DNA of 64,000 nt from Candidatus Cloacimonadales bacterium (GTDB lineage Bacteria > Cloacimonadota > Cloacimonadia > Cloacimonadales > JAIOQZ01): the NCBI GenBank assembly GCA_963662655.2, contig CAXXTU010000002.1, positions 608,001-672,000 on the forward strand, given 5' to 3'. Below, piece by piece: positions 1 through 9,393 of the stretch. Within the stretch, counting starts at the first letter, position 1. Every line of letters begins with the position of its first letter. The position numbers were made by a program, and so were the translations under genes. A model generated the notes under the pieces. The model saw only the letters and a list, made by a program, of their open reading frames with translations. It did no database searches and had not been told where the DNA came from.

Positions 1-1860
1 TGTATCGAGTTCCCATGATTTCTGGGCGAGGTAGTCGAGGATATGAAGTCCCATTTCGCCTTCTGCCCGTTGAGGGATGTAGTCGTCGATAAAGACAGGC
101 GTGATGCTGAAGTTCTTGTAACCGTCCTCGTCGACTTCCGCGTTGAGCACCATGGAGGGCATCGTTTCGGGGTAGTCGAGTTCGAAAATGAAGTTACCCA
201 GCGAATGGGCGATGAGAGTACCGTTGTAGACCTCCAGACCTTGAATGATGTGCGGGTGGTGGATAATGACCAGATCGGCTCCGCTATCTACTGCGAAGTG
301 GCGCAGCTCGCGATCCCACATTTGCGGGACGTCGTAAAGCGGGGAGTAGTCTTCGTCCCCGTTGTAGTCGATGTCTGGCTGTTCGGGGATATCATAGTTG
401 TCGCCCGGTTCCGTGGAGTATTCGCTTCCGGCATGCAGAAGCAGGGTGACCAGATCTGCGGTTCCTTCGACCGATGCGATCTGTTGCATGATGTTGTAGG
501 GGGTGAGGTAGGCGAAGCCAGCTTTATTCGCCCCGGCGTTGAGATACGGCTGGAAGTTGTTGTACTGACCGGTACGATCGCTGGACATCAGGAACGCCAT
601 GTTAATGCCTGAGATATTTGCGTAAACGGGTAGATTGGCTTCGTATTCATCGAGCCCCGCACCTGAAAATTTGATGTTTTGTTCAACAAGCATCTCACGG
701 GTCTCGATCAGCCCTTCTTCCATGTAATCGAGGATGTGGTTGTTTGCCAGGGAGACGATATCGATCCCGCCGAAAGATAGTCCTTCGACGTTGTTTGGGT
801 TACCCTTGAAGCAGACTGTTTTCGTCGGATGTTGGTTGTAGGACGAAGTAAGCTGGCACTCGAGATTGGCAACGGTCAGGTCGGCCGCATCTCCGAGGAT
901 CGGCAGTGTAGGCTCGTAAAGGGATGCAACTCCCTGGGTGGGAATAATCCCGCCAGGAGCATCGTAGCGACGGGCCATCATGATGTCGCCAACGAAGTTA
1001 ACGGTAACGGGCAACGTCGATTCGCCTTCGTCCATCCATATCGTGCAGGTTGCATCGCCCCACGTGCCTGTGTCGTCGCATACCTGAAGCAGTATCGTGT
1101 AGTCGTGGTCGTCCTGAACAAAATAGGTGTGTACGGGATTCTCTTCCTCGCTGACATCTCCATCGCCGAACGACCAGTAATACTGGAATTCGTCGCTATC
1201 GGGATCGTCGATTTCGCACGAGAACTGCACGGTCATGTCACGGGTCGACTGATCGTTAATCACGTAGGAGATGGATACCTCCGGTGCGACGGGCAGGTCC
1301 TCGGTGATGTTCACGATGTGATCGAAATAGGTTATACCATCCCATCCGCTATCGCTGTCGTTGATGTAGACGATGGACGTGATGGTGGGATAGTATTCGA
1401 ATCTCGCCATCCAATCATGCGCGACAGGCAGCATAATCTGGTTCCATTGATTCTCGCTGAAGGCCCCCTGGTAAACGGTGACCCATTCATCGATGTCGAG
1501 CATTTGCGATCCATCGAACGAATAGAAAAGCGTGTGGGCGCTGTCTTGCAGGGCGAATCCCTGGATTTCGCTGTCTTCATCGACATAAAAAGCAATCTGC
1601 CACATATCGCCCTCGCAGATTTCCAGCGAATCGATGGGTTGGACCTTCCATGTATTACCGTACAGGATGAGCGAGTAGTCTGAATCGTTAAAAGTGTTCA
1701 GGCTGTCGATTGCCCAGTCGTCCGGATCGGCGTCTTCATCCGGATATGAGAAGAGCTCGATATTGGGATTCTCGAAATCTTCTATGACGATTTCGCGATA
1801 GCTCGAAGCAAAGAGGCCCAGAGAGGCACAGAGAAATAAAAAGAGTATATTCAAGCGCAT
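1..1860 (-). CDS. Secreted CapA/PGA_cap metallophosphatase-family protein with a PKD domain (3' end runs off the window)
   Basis: Not in the ORF track (no stop in window). Manual translation from ATG 1860 (AGGA upstream): signal peptide MRLNILFLFLCASLGLFA, PKD-like YYWSFGDG...NPVHTY, CapA motifs FVGDIMMAR, ANLEC, SLANNHILDY. Confidence 0.8.
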   Translation of the reverse strand, partial: MRLNILFLFLCASLGLFASSYREIVIEDFENPNIELFSYPDEDADPDDWAIDSLNTFNDSDYSLILYGNTWKVQPIDSLEICEGDMWQIAFYVDEDSEIQGFALQDSAHTLFYSFDGSQMLDIDEWVTVYQGAFSENQWNQIMLPVAHDWMARFEYYPTITSIVYINDSDSGWDGITYFDHIVNITEDLPVAPEVSISYVINDQSTRDMTVQFSCEIDDPDSDEFQYYWSFGDGDVSEEENPVHTYFVQDDHDYTILLQVCDDTGTWGDATCTIWMDEGESTLPVTVNFVGDIMMARRYDAPGGIIPTQGVASLYEPTLPILGDAADLTVANLECQLTSSYNQHPTKTVCFKGNPNNVEGLSFGGIDIVSLANNHILDYMEEGLIETREMLVEQNIKFSGAGLDEYEANLPVYANISGINMAFLMSSDRTGQYNNFQPYLNAGANKAGFAYLTPYNIMQQIASVEGTADLVTLLLHAGSEYSTEPGDNYDIPEQPDIDYNGDEDYSPLYDVPQMWDRELRHFAVDSGADLVIIHHPHIIQGLEVYNGTLIAHSLGNFIFELDYPETMPSMVLNAEVDEDGYKNFSITPVFIDDYIPQRAEGEMGLHILDYLAQKSWELDT

Positions 1861-2009
1861 AGAACATCCTTTGTTTTGGTTGTGGTGGAAATCCTCATCT
1901 ACAAATAAATCAAGAAACGTTCCAATATGCAAGCAAAATTATTACGTGGAAACTTCGAATCGTTGAATCAGCCCGGCAAGCTGGAGTTTTAATCCTTACG
2001 AAACCAAAC

Positions 2010-2136
2010 GGCGGGGCATCTTCGCCCGATCATGCCGCTCCAACGTGGATATAGCACACCATCGGAACAATCGAACGTAAAAAAATGGTGTGCAACACCA
2101 CGTCTGCGCGGCAGATCGAACGAATCTGCTCCCGCC
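2010..2136 (-). ncRNA. Structured intergenic hairpin element, copy 1 (candidate ncRNA or non-autonomous repeat)
   Basis: Nested inverted repeats; homologous to 25756-25883 with compensatory changes. A-C mismatches on + become G-U pairs on -. Confidence 0.6.
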
Positions 2137-2203
2137 TCGATGAACGTTTCAGGTAAACATTGACAGTAAAAAGTGATCAACGTTGTTTACATACGAGGTG
2201 AAA

Positions 2204-4177
2204 ATGAACATCGTATTATATATATCCCATCATGGTTTCGGGCATGCAACGCGGATGAACGCGCTTGCAGGGGAGCTGAAAAAATGCGGAATCTTCTGTC
2301 ACATCCGGTCCGGGAAACCGGAATTCCTTTTTCAAGCGCTCGACGACCAGTTTTACGAGTTAACGCCGGTTACAATCGATGATGGACTCAAGCATCGCAA
2401 CTGGTGGATGATCGATCTCGAAGCGACGCGCAAAGCGATTCAGGATCGTTACGGAGATTATCGCGAATTGGTGGAGGGGGAAGTGCGATTCATCCGCGAG
2501 AACGAGATCGAGATGGTCGTCGGAGACATTCCTCCGCTGGCTTTCGAGATCGCTTCGCAGGCGGATGTGTTTTCGATAGCGATATCCAACTTCGACTGGT
2601 ATTACAACTATCTGCCATTCTTCAAGGGGGATGCTGAGATCATGCCGATTCTGGAGAAGATATCGAGCATGTATCATAAAGTGGATTACGCGATCAAGCT
2701 GCCGTTTTCGGACGAGGATAGCATGGCGCAGTTCCCGGTGATGGATGAAGCCGGCTTGCTCACGCGCGAGATGCATCCCGATCGGGCGGCTTTTTGCGAG
2801 AAAAACGGAATCGATCCTGGGAGCCTTTTGATTAGGGTTTCCTTCGGCGGCGAGGGAGGCAATCCGATAGATATGGCAGTGCTTTCGGGCGTTGAGGGGA
2901 TTACAATTATCGCGAAGGGCTCGCCGGAGAACGATTACGGCTGTGTGCGGCATTTCAATACGCACGAGGCCTTCACCGATGCGATGAGCGCTTGCGATAT
3001 CTGCATAACGAAGCTCGGATACAGCACCCTCGCCGAGTTGACGCAACTGGGTAAATTTGTGATCTACACCTACACGAGCGTGCTGCCTGAGAATGTGGTT
3101 CTGGAGCGTGGGCTGGACGAATACTCCCGCAAGATGTACATCCCGCTGGACGAAATCGGGCACGCCGACTGGCAGGAGATTATTGAAGATATCCGAGGAC
3201 AGTTGGACAAGCCGTACAACGAGGAGAAGTACCGCAACAGGAATCGCGAAGTGGGGAAGATGTGCATTCGCAAACGATTCGAGAGCACCGAAGGAAAGGT
3301 CGCGATCATCGATGTGGGCACGAACAATATCCAGATGCTGTGGGCGATCCATTCTATGGACGGAATCAGGGTTGTGCATCGCGCCTCCCGGATTTCCGCG
3401 CTCGGTAAGGGCATGAAGGACGGAAGGTTGACCTCTGCCGGGATTCAACGCGCGAAGGATATCCTGGCGGATTACGCCGATTACGCGCAGGCTTTCTCCG
3501 ATCGCGTGATCATTACCGGCACGAGCTGCTCCCGCGAAGCGAGCAATATCGCCGAACTCTCCGACTGGATTCGCGAGAAGTACGGAATCGAGTATCGCAT
3601 CCTTTCCGAGGAAGAGGAAGCGCTTAACACTGCCGAAGTCATGCGCGAGGATTTCCCGGAATACGAGCGGATCGTTTCGTTCGATATCGGCGGAGGGAGT
3701 ACGGAGTTCAACTTGCTGGTCGACGGTGAATTACAGAGATCGATAAGCCTGCCTGTCGGCATTCGGCGTCTGGAGACGCTCTTTGGGAACGATTACGGCA
3801 GACAACGCGAGTATATCCTGCATCAACTCGAACGAATCAGGGGCTGGAAAGCTCAGGACGTACATCTGACGGGCATCGGCGGCAGCATCGCAAACCTTGC
3901 GGCGATCAAGGCTGGATTGAAACGATATCGCCCGGAAATTGTACACAAGATGACACTCGAATCGGCGGACTTGAAGAATTTCATTGACATTTTCGGAAAT
4001 TTAACCTACAAAGAAATCCAGACGCTAATGCCATTCGAACCGGCACGAGCCGATCTGATCCGTTCCGGTTCCGTTTTCATCAAAATGGTGATGGATTTTT
4101 TCGAGCAGGATACCGCTGTCGTAAGCGACCGCGGCTTGATGTTTGGCGTTCTGTATCGGTTGATCAAAGAGAGTTGA
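2204..4177 (+). CDS. Fusion of a GT-B glycosyltransferase-like domain and a Ppx/GppA phosphatase domain
   Basis: N-terminal YISHHGFGHATR, SNFDW, TKLGYST. C-terminal IDVGTNN, LSEEEEA, DIGGGSTE, GIGGS, RADLI, VSDRGL. GAGGTG RBS before ATG 2204. Confidence 0.8.
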   Translation: MNIVLYISHHGFGHATRMNALAGELKKCGIFCHIRSGKPEFLFQALDDQFYELTPVTIDDGLKHRNWWMIDLEATRKAIQDRYGDYRELVEGEVRFIRENEIEMVVGDIPPLAFEIASQADVFSIAISNFDWYYNYLPFFKGDAEIMPILEKISSMYHKVDYAIKLPFSDEDSMAQFPVMDEAGLLTREMHPDRAAFCEKNGIDPGSLLIRVSFGGEGGNPIDMAVLSGVEGITIIAKGSPENDYGCVRHFNTHEAFTDAMSACDICITKLGYSTLAELTQLGKFVIYTYTSVLPENVVLERGLDEYSRKMYIPLDEIGHADWQEIIEDIRGQLDKPYNEEKYRNRNREVGKMCIRKRFESTEGKVAIIDVGTNNIQMLWAIHSMDGIRVVHRASRISALGKGMKDGRLTSAGIQRAKDILADYADYAQAFSDRVIITGTSCSREASNIAELSDWIREKYGIEYRILSEEEEALNTAEVMREDFPEYERIVSFDIGGGSTEFNLLVDGELQRSISLPVGIRRLETLFGNDYGRQREYILHQLERIRGWKAQDVHLTGIGGSIANLAAIKAGLKRYRPEIVHKMTLESADLKNFIDIFGNLTYKEIQTLMPFEPARADLIRSGSVFIKMVMDFFEQDTAVVSDRGLMFGVLYRLIKES

Positions 4178-4239
4178 GAAAGGAATTGATCGAAAACCTC
4201 CATCTGATGCCCTGAATAGATTCAAAACAGAGGTTTGAT

Positions 4240-6432
4240 ATGTCGCCTGGAATACATTTGGAATATCTACCCCGAGGCGGTGTTGTTTTCGGCACCGGTG
4301 CAGACCGCATTCAGTTCGCCGCTCCGCCCGAGACGATCAAGGATACCATGAAGCTCGCAGATGGCGTACCAAGCCACTTCATGATTCCTCCGCACATGTT
4401 CGACATTCAGCGTGGTATCTCGCTGGCGGATATGGAATTCCCCGTGTATTACAACTTCTTCCAGGGTGGGAACAAAACGGCGGTGATCTGCACCGTCGAG
4501 CAGAAGAAACGCTTGCAAAATATCCTCAAAGAAGCTCTGTTCGGCCCAGAATCCCTCGATGTGATCAGGGATTATTCCTCCCAGTTCGCGCCAGAGATGA
4601 TTCCCGATCTGACAAACGAAATCAAGTATTTCCGCAAGCATCCGTTTATCGAGAACCACCAGATGACCCTCTCCGATCTCGTTCAGTTCAAGGTTTTCAA
4701 GGATAATCAGATCGAGATCGGATCATTCAAGATTAGAAGACAATCTGATGGGTGTTATTCCGTTGTGGATTGTGACGGAAATCATCTTACGCTCGACCAG
4801 ACATCGATCTTCGCAGGTGAGAGGAAAGAGCCGGAGGTCAACTACTACGCGTTCCGGCAACCCGTTTACGGCGTAACGATTCTCGGAGCCGGAGACGGCT
4901 TCAATCCGGATTCGACCACATCGGGCATGATCGTGTGGGTCAACCGCAGGGGAATCATCGTCGATCCCCCCGTGAACACGACGGAGGAGCTGGCAAAATT
5001 GGGTGTCAGCCCCAAGCTGATCGATGGCGTGATCCTTACGCATTGCCACTCGGATCACGACGCCGGCACGATTCAGCTTCTCATGCAGGAAGGACGCCTG
5101 AATCTGTACACCACGCAGACGATTTTCAAAGGATTTTTGCGCAAGATATCGTCCCTGACCTGCATCGAGAAGGAGCACCTTCGTAAAATGGTCGTCTTCC
5201 ATCCGGTGAAGGTCGGCAACCCGGAGAGGATCGGGGGCGCGGTATTCCACTTTCAGTACAACCTTCATTCGATTCCAACGATATCCTTGCGGGTGTCGCT
5301 GCAGGATGTGCGGATGGTTTACAGCTCCGATTCGCAGAACGATCCCGATTTCATCTTGAAGATGTACCGCGACGGAGTCATCGGGGAAGCGCGAAAAGAT
5401 CAATTGTTGCAGTTCCCCTGGGACAGCGATATCGTGTTCCACGAAGCCGGCGCAAAGCCTCTTCACACGCCCATAGAATTTCTGTGCAATCTCCCCGAAT
5501 CGGTTCGGAAGAGGATGTACCTGCTGCATACTGACCTTTCCAAGATTCCGCCCGATTCAGGTTTGAAGATCGCGCCGACCGGCCTGGCAAACACCATTGT
5601 GATCGATGTCGGCAAGCCGTTGTTCGATAGCTCAATCGAGGTCCTCGATGTGCTGGCGCACGTTGACCTCTTTCATGAACTGCCGATCGAGAAGGCGCGA
5701 GAGATACTCCTGTACATCCGGCGTTACCTCTTCAAGAAAGGCGAGTATATCTATCACCAGGGCGATGAGATTCACTTCTTCAACATCATCCTGCATGGAG
5801 CCGTGGAAATCGTTGAGGACCAGCGAGCCATCACAACCCTCAGCAAAGGGGATTTCTTCGGTGTGAGCGCTCTGCTCGAGGGGCATCCCCACACAGCTGA
5901 CGCGAAGGCGTTGACGGATGTGGAGATTCTTGCCTTCAAGAAGGACGATTTCCTGGCTTTGATCCAGGGAACCGGCATCGCGGAAGTTCTGGCGCACCTT
6001 GCCCGTATCCAGAATCGCGAGCTCTGGGACCTCGTCTGGCAGAACCCGGTGTTCTCCAATCTCACGCCCACGCAGATCATCCATTTGCACAGATCGTTCA
6101 AATCCGAGCTTGTTATCGTCCCGCCCGAGCGTTACTTTATCAAGGAAGGACAGAAACTTGATTCCTGTTATGTGATACGCAAGGGTAAAGTGCGCGTCTT
6201 GAAGAACGAAGAGGAGATCGACCTGATACAGGCGGGGGAAATCTTCGGCGTTACAGCGGTTTTCGAACCCAACAGCAAGGTCATGCACGGCTTTAAAAGC
6301 GTTGGAGAAGTTGAATTGTACCAGATCAGCAGAGATGTGATGATACAGTACATGGAGAAGTACCCGGGAGTATACGTTCGCCTTTACTACGCCAATTACA
6401 TTCAGGATATCGCGGAGGCATCATGCTTGTAA
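4240..6432 (+). CDS. Metallo-beta-lactamase-fold cyclic nucleotide phosphodiesterase with two C-terminal cNMP-binding domains
   Basis: THCHSDHDAG motif, LHSIP, HEAG. Two CNB-like repeats (IYHQGD...GDFFG; IKEGQ...GEIFG). Confidence 0.8.
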   Translation: MSPGIHLEYLPRGGVVFGTGADRIQFAAPPETIKDTMKLADGVPSHFMIPPHMFDIQRGISLADMEFPVYYNFFQGGNKTAVICTVEQKKRLQNILKEALFGPESLDVIRDYSSQFAPEMIPDLTNEIKYFRKHPFIENHQMTLSDLVQFKVFKDNQIEIGSFKIRRQSDGCYSVVDCDGNHLTLDQTSIFAGERKEPEVNYYAFRQPVYGVTILGAGDGFNPDSTTSGMIVWVNRRGIIVDPPVNTTEELAKLGVSPKLIDGVILTHCHSDHDAGTIQLLMQEGRLNLYTTQTIFKGFLRKISSLTCIEKEHLRKMVVFHPVKVGNPERIGGAVFHFQYNLHSIPTISLRVSLQDVRMVYSSDSQNDPDFILKMYRDGVIGEARKDQLLQFPWDSDIVFHEAGAKPLHTPIEFLCNLPESVRKRMYLLHTDLSKIPPDSGLKIAPTGLANTIVIDVGKPLFDSSIEVLDVLAHVDLFHELPIEKAREILLYIRRYLFKKGEYIYHQGDEIHFFNIILHGAVEIVEDQRAITTLSKGDFFGVSALLEGHPHTADAKALTDVEILAFKKDDFLALIQGTGIAEVLAHLARIQNRELWDLVWQNPVFSNLTPTQIIHLHRSFKSELVIVPPERYFIKEGQKLDSCYVIRKGKVRVLKNEEEIDLIQAGEIFGVTAVFEPNSKVMHGFKSVGEVELYQISRDVMIQYMEKYPGVYVRLYYANYIQDIAEASCL

Positions 6433-7418
6433 TCCTCAAGCCGAACATGGATCCGGGGATCGAAAAGAGTTTCATCAAGAGCATCGAGACGATGGGGCTC
6501 GATTACTATCAATATGAATTGCCCGATCGTAAGGCGATCTATGTTCGCCATGATTTACCGCAGATCGATCTGAATTTACTCACGCACCACGAGGCCGTGC
6601 AGAACGTCGTCCGCCTGAGTGGTCAATATAAAAAAGTCTCCAGCGTCAATCCTCCGGTTCGTGTCGATTTCGGGCAGGATTCGATCTCGCGCGAAGATTT
6701 CACAATTATAGCGGGCCCATGTACGTTCGTGGACGAGAAAGAACTCCACGGGATCGCGCAACGCCTGAAGGAAACGGGCGTGAACTTCTTACGGGCAGGT
6801 GTCTTCAAGCTCAGGACATCTCCGTATTCATATCCAGGTCCGGGCGAGAAGGGTCTGGAGATTCTCCGTAAAGTAGCGGAGGAACTCGGTATGCACTCCA
6901 TCACCGAGGTCACTTCGATCGAGGATGCGAAGCTTTCATCCCAGTTTGTGGATATACTCCAGGTTGGAACGCGAAACATGTACAACGTGCCGATGCTGAA
7001 GGTATTGGGCGAGATCGGCAAGCCGGTTTTGTTAAAGCGTGGACTTTCCAGCACGTACGAGGAATGGCTTTACGCCGCGGAGCATATCGCGGTTCAAGGA
7101 AGAAGCGACATCATCCTCTGCGAGAGAGGCATCCGAACGTTCGACTCATACCTGAGAAACACGCCCGATATCGCAGCGATCCCGGTGATGAAATCGATGA
7201 GCTGCCTTCCGGTGATTTTCGACCCCTCCCATGCTACGGGCAAGCGGGAGATGGTTAAACCGCTTTCACTGGCTGCATGCGCAGCAGGTGCCGATGGATT
7301 GCTTGTCGAAGTACACAGCGAGCCGGATCAGTCCTCGATCGACGCGCATCAAACCATAAGCATTGAAGACCTGATCGATATCCAGAAGGCAATCAAGACC
7401 ATCCGGAGTATCTTTTAA
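6423..7418 (+). CDS. aroF: 3-deoxy-7-phosphoheptulonate (DAHP) synthase, type I-beta, with N-terminal regulatory domain
   Basis: IAGPC, KLRTSPYSY, QVGTRNM, LLKRG, CERGIRTF, DPSH, EVH motifs; overlaps the upstream gene. Confidence 0.85.
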   Translation: MLVILKPNMDPGIEKSFIKSIETMGLDYYQYELPDRKAIYVRHDLPQIDLNLLTHHEAVQNVVRLSGQYKKVSSVNPPVRVDFGQDSISREDFTIIAGPCTFVDEKELHGIAQRLKETGVNFLRAGVFKLRTSPYSYPGPGEKGLEILRKVAEELGMHSITEVTSIEDAKLSSQFVDILQVGTRNMYNVPMLKVLGEIGKPVLLKRGLSSTYEEWLYAAEHIAVQGRSDIILCERGIRTFDSYLRNTPDIAAIPVMKSMSCLPVIFDPSHATGKREMVKPLSLAACAAGADGLLVEVHSEPDQSSIDAHQTISIEDLIDIQKAIKTIRSIF

Positions 7419-7421
7419 CCA

Positions 7422-7667
7422 TTAGCTTACGCCAGTCTCCCGGCTATTTCTCATATCCTTTACTTCTCGTAGTATTTTCTGGCCGGTCCTGGTTTTTCTC
7501 CAGCTCTGGTAGACAGGATTCAGGATTGCCTGAATGTCTTCGGCAGCCTGCGAAGCTTCCTCTCCCTGAGGCCCATTTTCCTTCGCCTCAAGGCCCTTTA
7601 TCATTTGCGAAAGCAAGTTGATGAGGCGCATGGATTGCTTTACGCCAACATGGAGCGTGATTTTCAT
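7422..7667 (-). CDS. Hypothetical protein, 81 aa
   Basis: ORF with GAGG RBS, protein-like composition, fills the gap. Confidence 0.55.
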   Translation of the reverse strand: MKITLHVGVKQSMRLINLLSQMIKGLEAKENGPQGEEASQAAEDIQAILNPVYQSWRKTRTGQKILREVKDMRNSRETGVS

Positions 7668-7805
7668 AGTACCCTCGGCTGAATATCGTCTTGCGACTTC
7701 GATTTGATAAAGACAGGTCGAGACGACAGGAATACCCTAACTGACAGTCTCGACCATGCGATGAAAATTTCTTCTGCCGACAAATCTGTTGTCGTTTCTG
7801 AATGG

Positions 7806-8522
7806 TTAATTCATTACTTCCTTGGAAACCTGGATGATATCGCCGGATCCATGCACGGATCGGCTGACGGATGACGGAGAGCCGATGTACTTCACGTCTC
7901 CCGATCCGTTGATCGCTGCGCTCAGCGCGGAATCTACCATGACGTTTACATCGCCTGATCCGTTGATGTGGACGGCGCAACTGCTGGCAAGCATATCGAA
8001 TGCCTGTACATCTCCCGAGCCGTTCACCGCGACCTGCAAGCTGCCGGTCTGTCCTTTGAGATGGCAGTCGCCGGACCCGTCGATACTGACGTTGGTGTTT
8101 TCATACTCGGCAACAAGACTACAGTCTCCCGATCCGCGGATCGCGACACTCAGGTCTTTGCCCTTCAGCGAGCCATTGGAATCGATGTCTCCCGAGCCGT
8201 GAATCGCGATATTCTCAATTACCGGCATGCTCAGGTCGATATGAATGTTCTTGTGCGAGCGGATATTCACCTGTTCCTGAAAGCGAATTCGAAGCGTGCC
8301 GTTGTCAACCTCGGTAACGATGTACTCCATCAGGTTGTCTTCGGCGGAAATCTCGCACGAGTAGGTCTTGCTCTGGGTTATTGTGACATCGCCCGAGAAG
8401 TGGAGAGAGACTCCGGTGAAATCCGATACTTCTCGGAATTCTTTGACGATATTGCCTGAGCCAGAAATGGCCATGCACGCGATGGAAACGATTAGCAGTC
8501 CAAAAACAAAAGCTGTTTTCAC
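7806..8522 (-). CDS. DUF2807 / head GIN domain beta-helix protein, exported
   Basis: Signal peptide; repeated (I/V)xGSGD units; GGAGG RBS before GTG. Confidence 0.85.
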   Translation of the reverse strand: MKTAFVFGLLIVSIACMAISGSGNIVKEFREVSDFTGVSLHFSGDVTITQSKTYSCEISAEDNLMEYIVTEVDNGTLRIRFQEQVNIRSHKNIHIDLSMPVIENIAIHGSGDIDSNGSLKGKDLSVAIRGSGDCSLVAEYENTNVSIDGSGDCHLKGQTGSLQVAVNGSGDVQAFDMLASSCAVHINGSGDVNVMVDSALSAAINGSGDVKYIGSPSSVSRSVHGSGDIIQVSKEVMN

Positions 8523-8568
8523 AAAACCTCCTGGGTTGTTGACATATCTGGAAGTCAGTTGGTTATTA

Positions 8569-8832
8569 TCAATCTGTTTTCTCTTTCACGTTTTTTACAA
8601 TGTGAAGGTTCGTGAATTGTCTTCTCACTCGCCGATTGGCAATCCTCTCAAGAATGAAAAACACGATGATGCCGAAACTGACGCTCATGATTGCGTACAT
8701 GAGCAAGTTGTCATTCTCGGTGTCCTTGAAATATTGAAATGATAGAACACACATTCCCAACAAACCAATCACGAAAACAATAATCCCGACAATCACCATC
8801 CTCTTGCTTGATTTTGCTGTCTTTGTAAACAT
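8569..8832 (-). CDS. Small two-TM membrane protein
   Basis: Two hydrophobic segments; GAGGTG RBS; directly upstream of the DUF2807 gene. Confidence 0.6.
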   Translation of the reverse strand: MFTKTAKSSKRMVIVGIIVFVIGLLGMCVLSFQYFKDTENDNLLMYAIMSVSFGIIVFFILERIANRRVRRQFTNLHIVKNVKEKTD

Positions 8833-9393
8833 AAACACCTCTTTGAATAAAAATTGGAAAATGAAAGCTGGCTGTCAAGGATTATCGCGGTGTCGCACAT
8901 CTCCGGCTATGGCGTTGTGGCATAACACCTTTCAACAGCGAGAAATAATACCCCATACAAGCAAGGATAATAGTGGTTTACAGTACAAAGTTTGTTGACA
9001 CCATTCTTGAATAAACGAGTATTCTAAGTCGTTGCATCGATTGCTGAATCCGAAAAAATAATAGAATATTTATGCCGGGAAATTCATTTTGGGCCGTTTT
9101 ATGCACTACGAATCTTGATTTGCTCAACTGAATCGACTCGTGAGATGCATGCGCTGGATAATGTCCATTCATGTGTTTACGATGTGTTAACTTCGTGGGC
9201 AACTCAAATTGCCATGTACGATTGCGTAAAATATGTACGTTTTCGTGCATTGCGGATGTTCTTTGAAATGCGATTGAACGTTTTAACGCGCTCGCTTGAA
9301 AATCATTCTGATATCATAATCGAATTGAATTCATACTGACATGGATGTAAACAACGACATCACAATAGAAATCACACTGAAAATGGAGGTGGA

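Noticed and set aside
43..1683. Plus-strand ORFs 43-612 and 829-1683
   Set aside because: Antisense shadows of the minus-strand CapA-family gene.
2010..2136. Hairpin family as integron attC sites or CRISPR repeats
   Set aside because: No RYYYAAC/GTTRRRY ends, no integrase or cas genes, and the copies are dispersed.
1989..2180. 63-aa ORF over hairpin copy 1 and 85-aa ORF 25685-25942 over copy 2
   Set aside because: They lie on opposite strands of homologous DNA; substitutions preserve pairing, not codons.
7716..7755. Inverted repeat GGTCGAGAC-N22-GTCTCGACC
   Set aside because: Single 9-bp stem with no U-tract or second copy; too little to assign.
7806..8250. Periodic DNA repeats
   Set aside because: Explained by the GSGD repeats of DUF2807.
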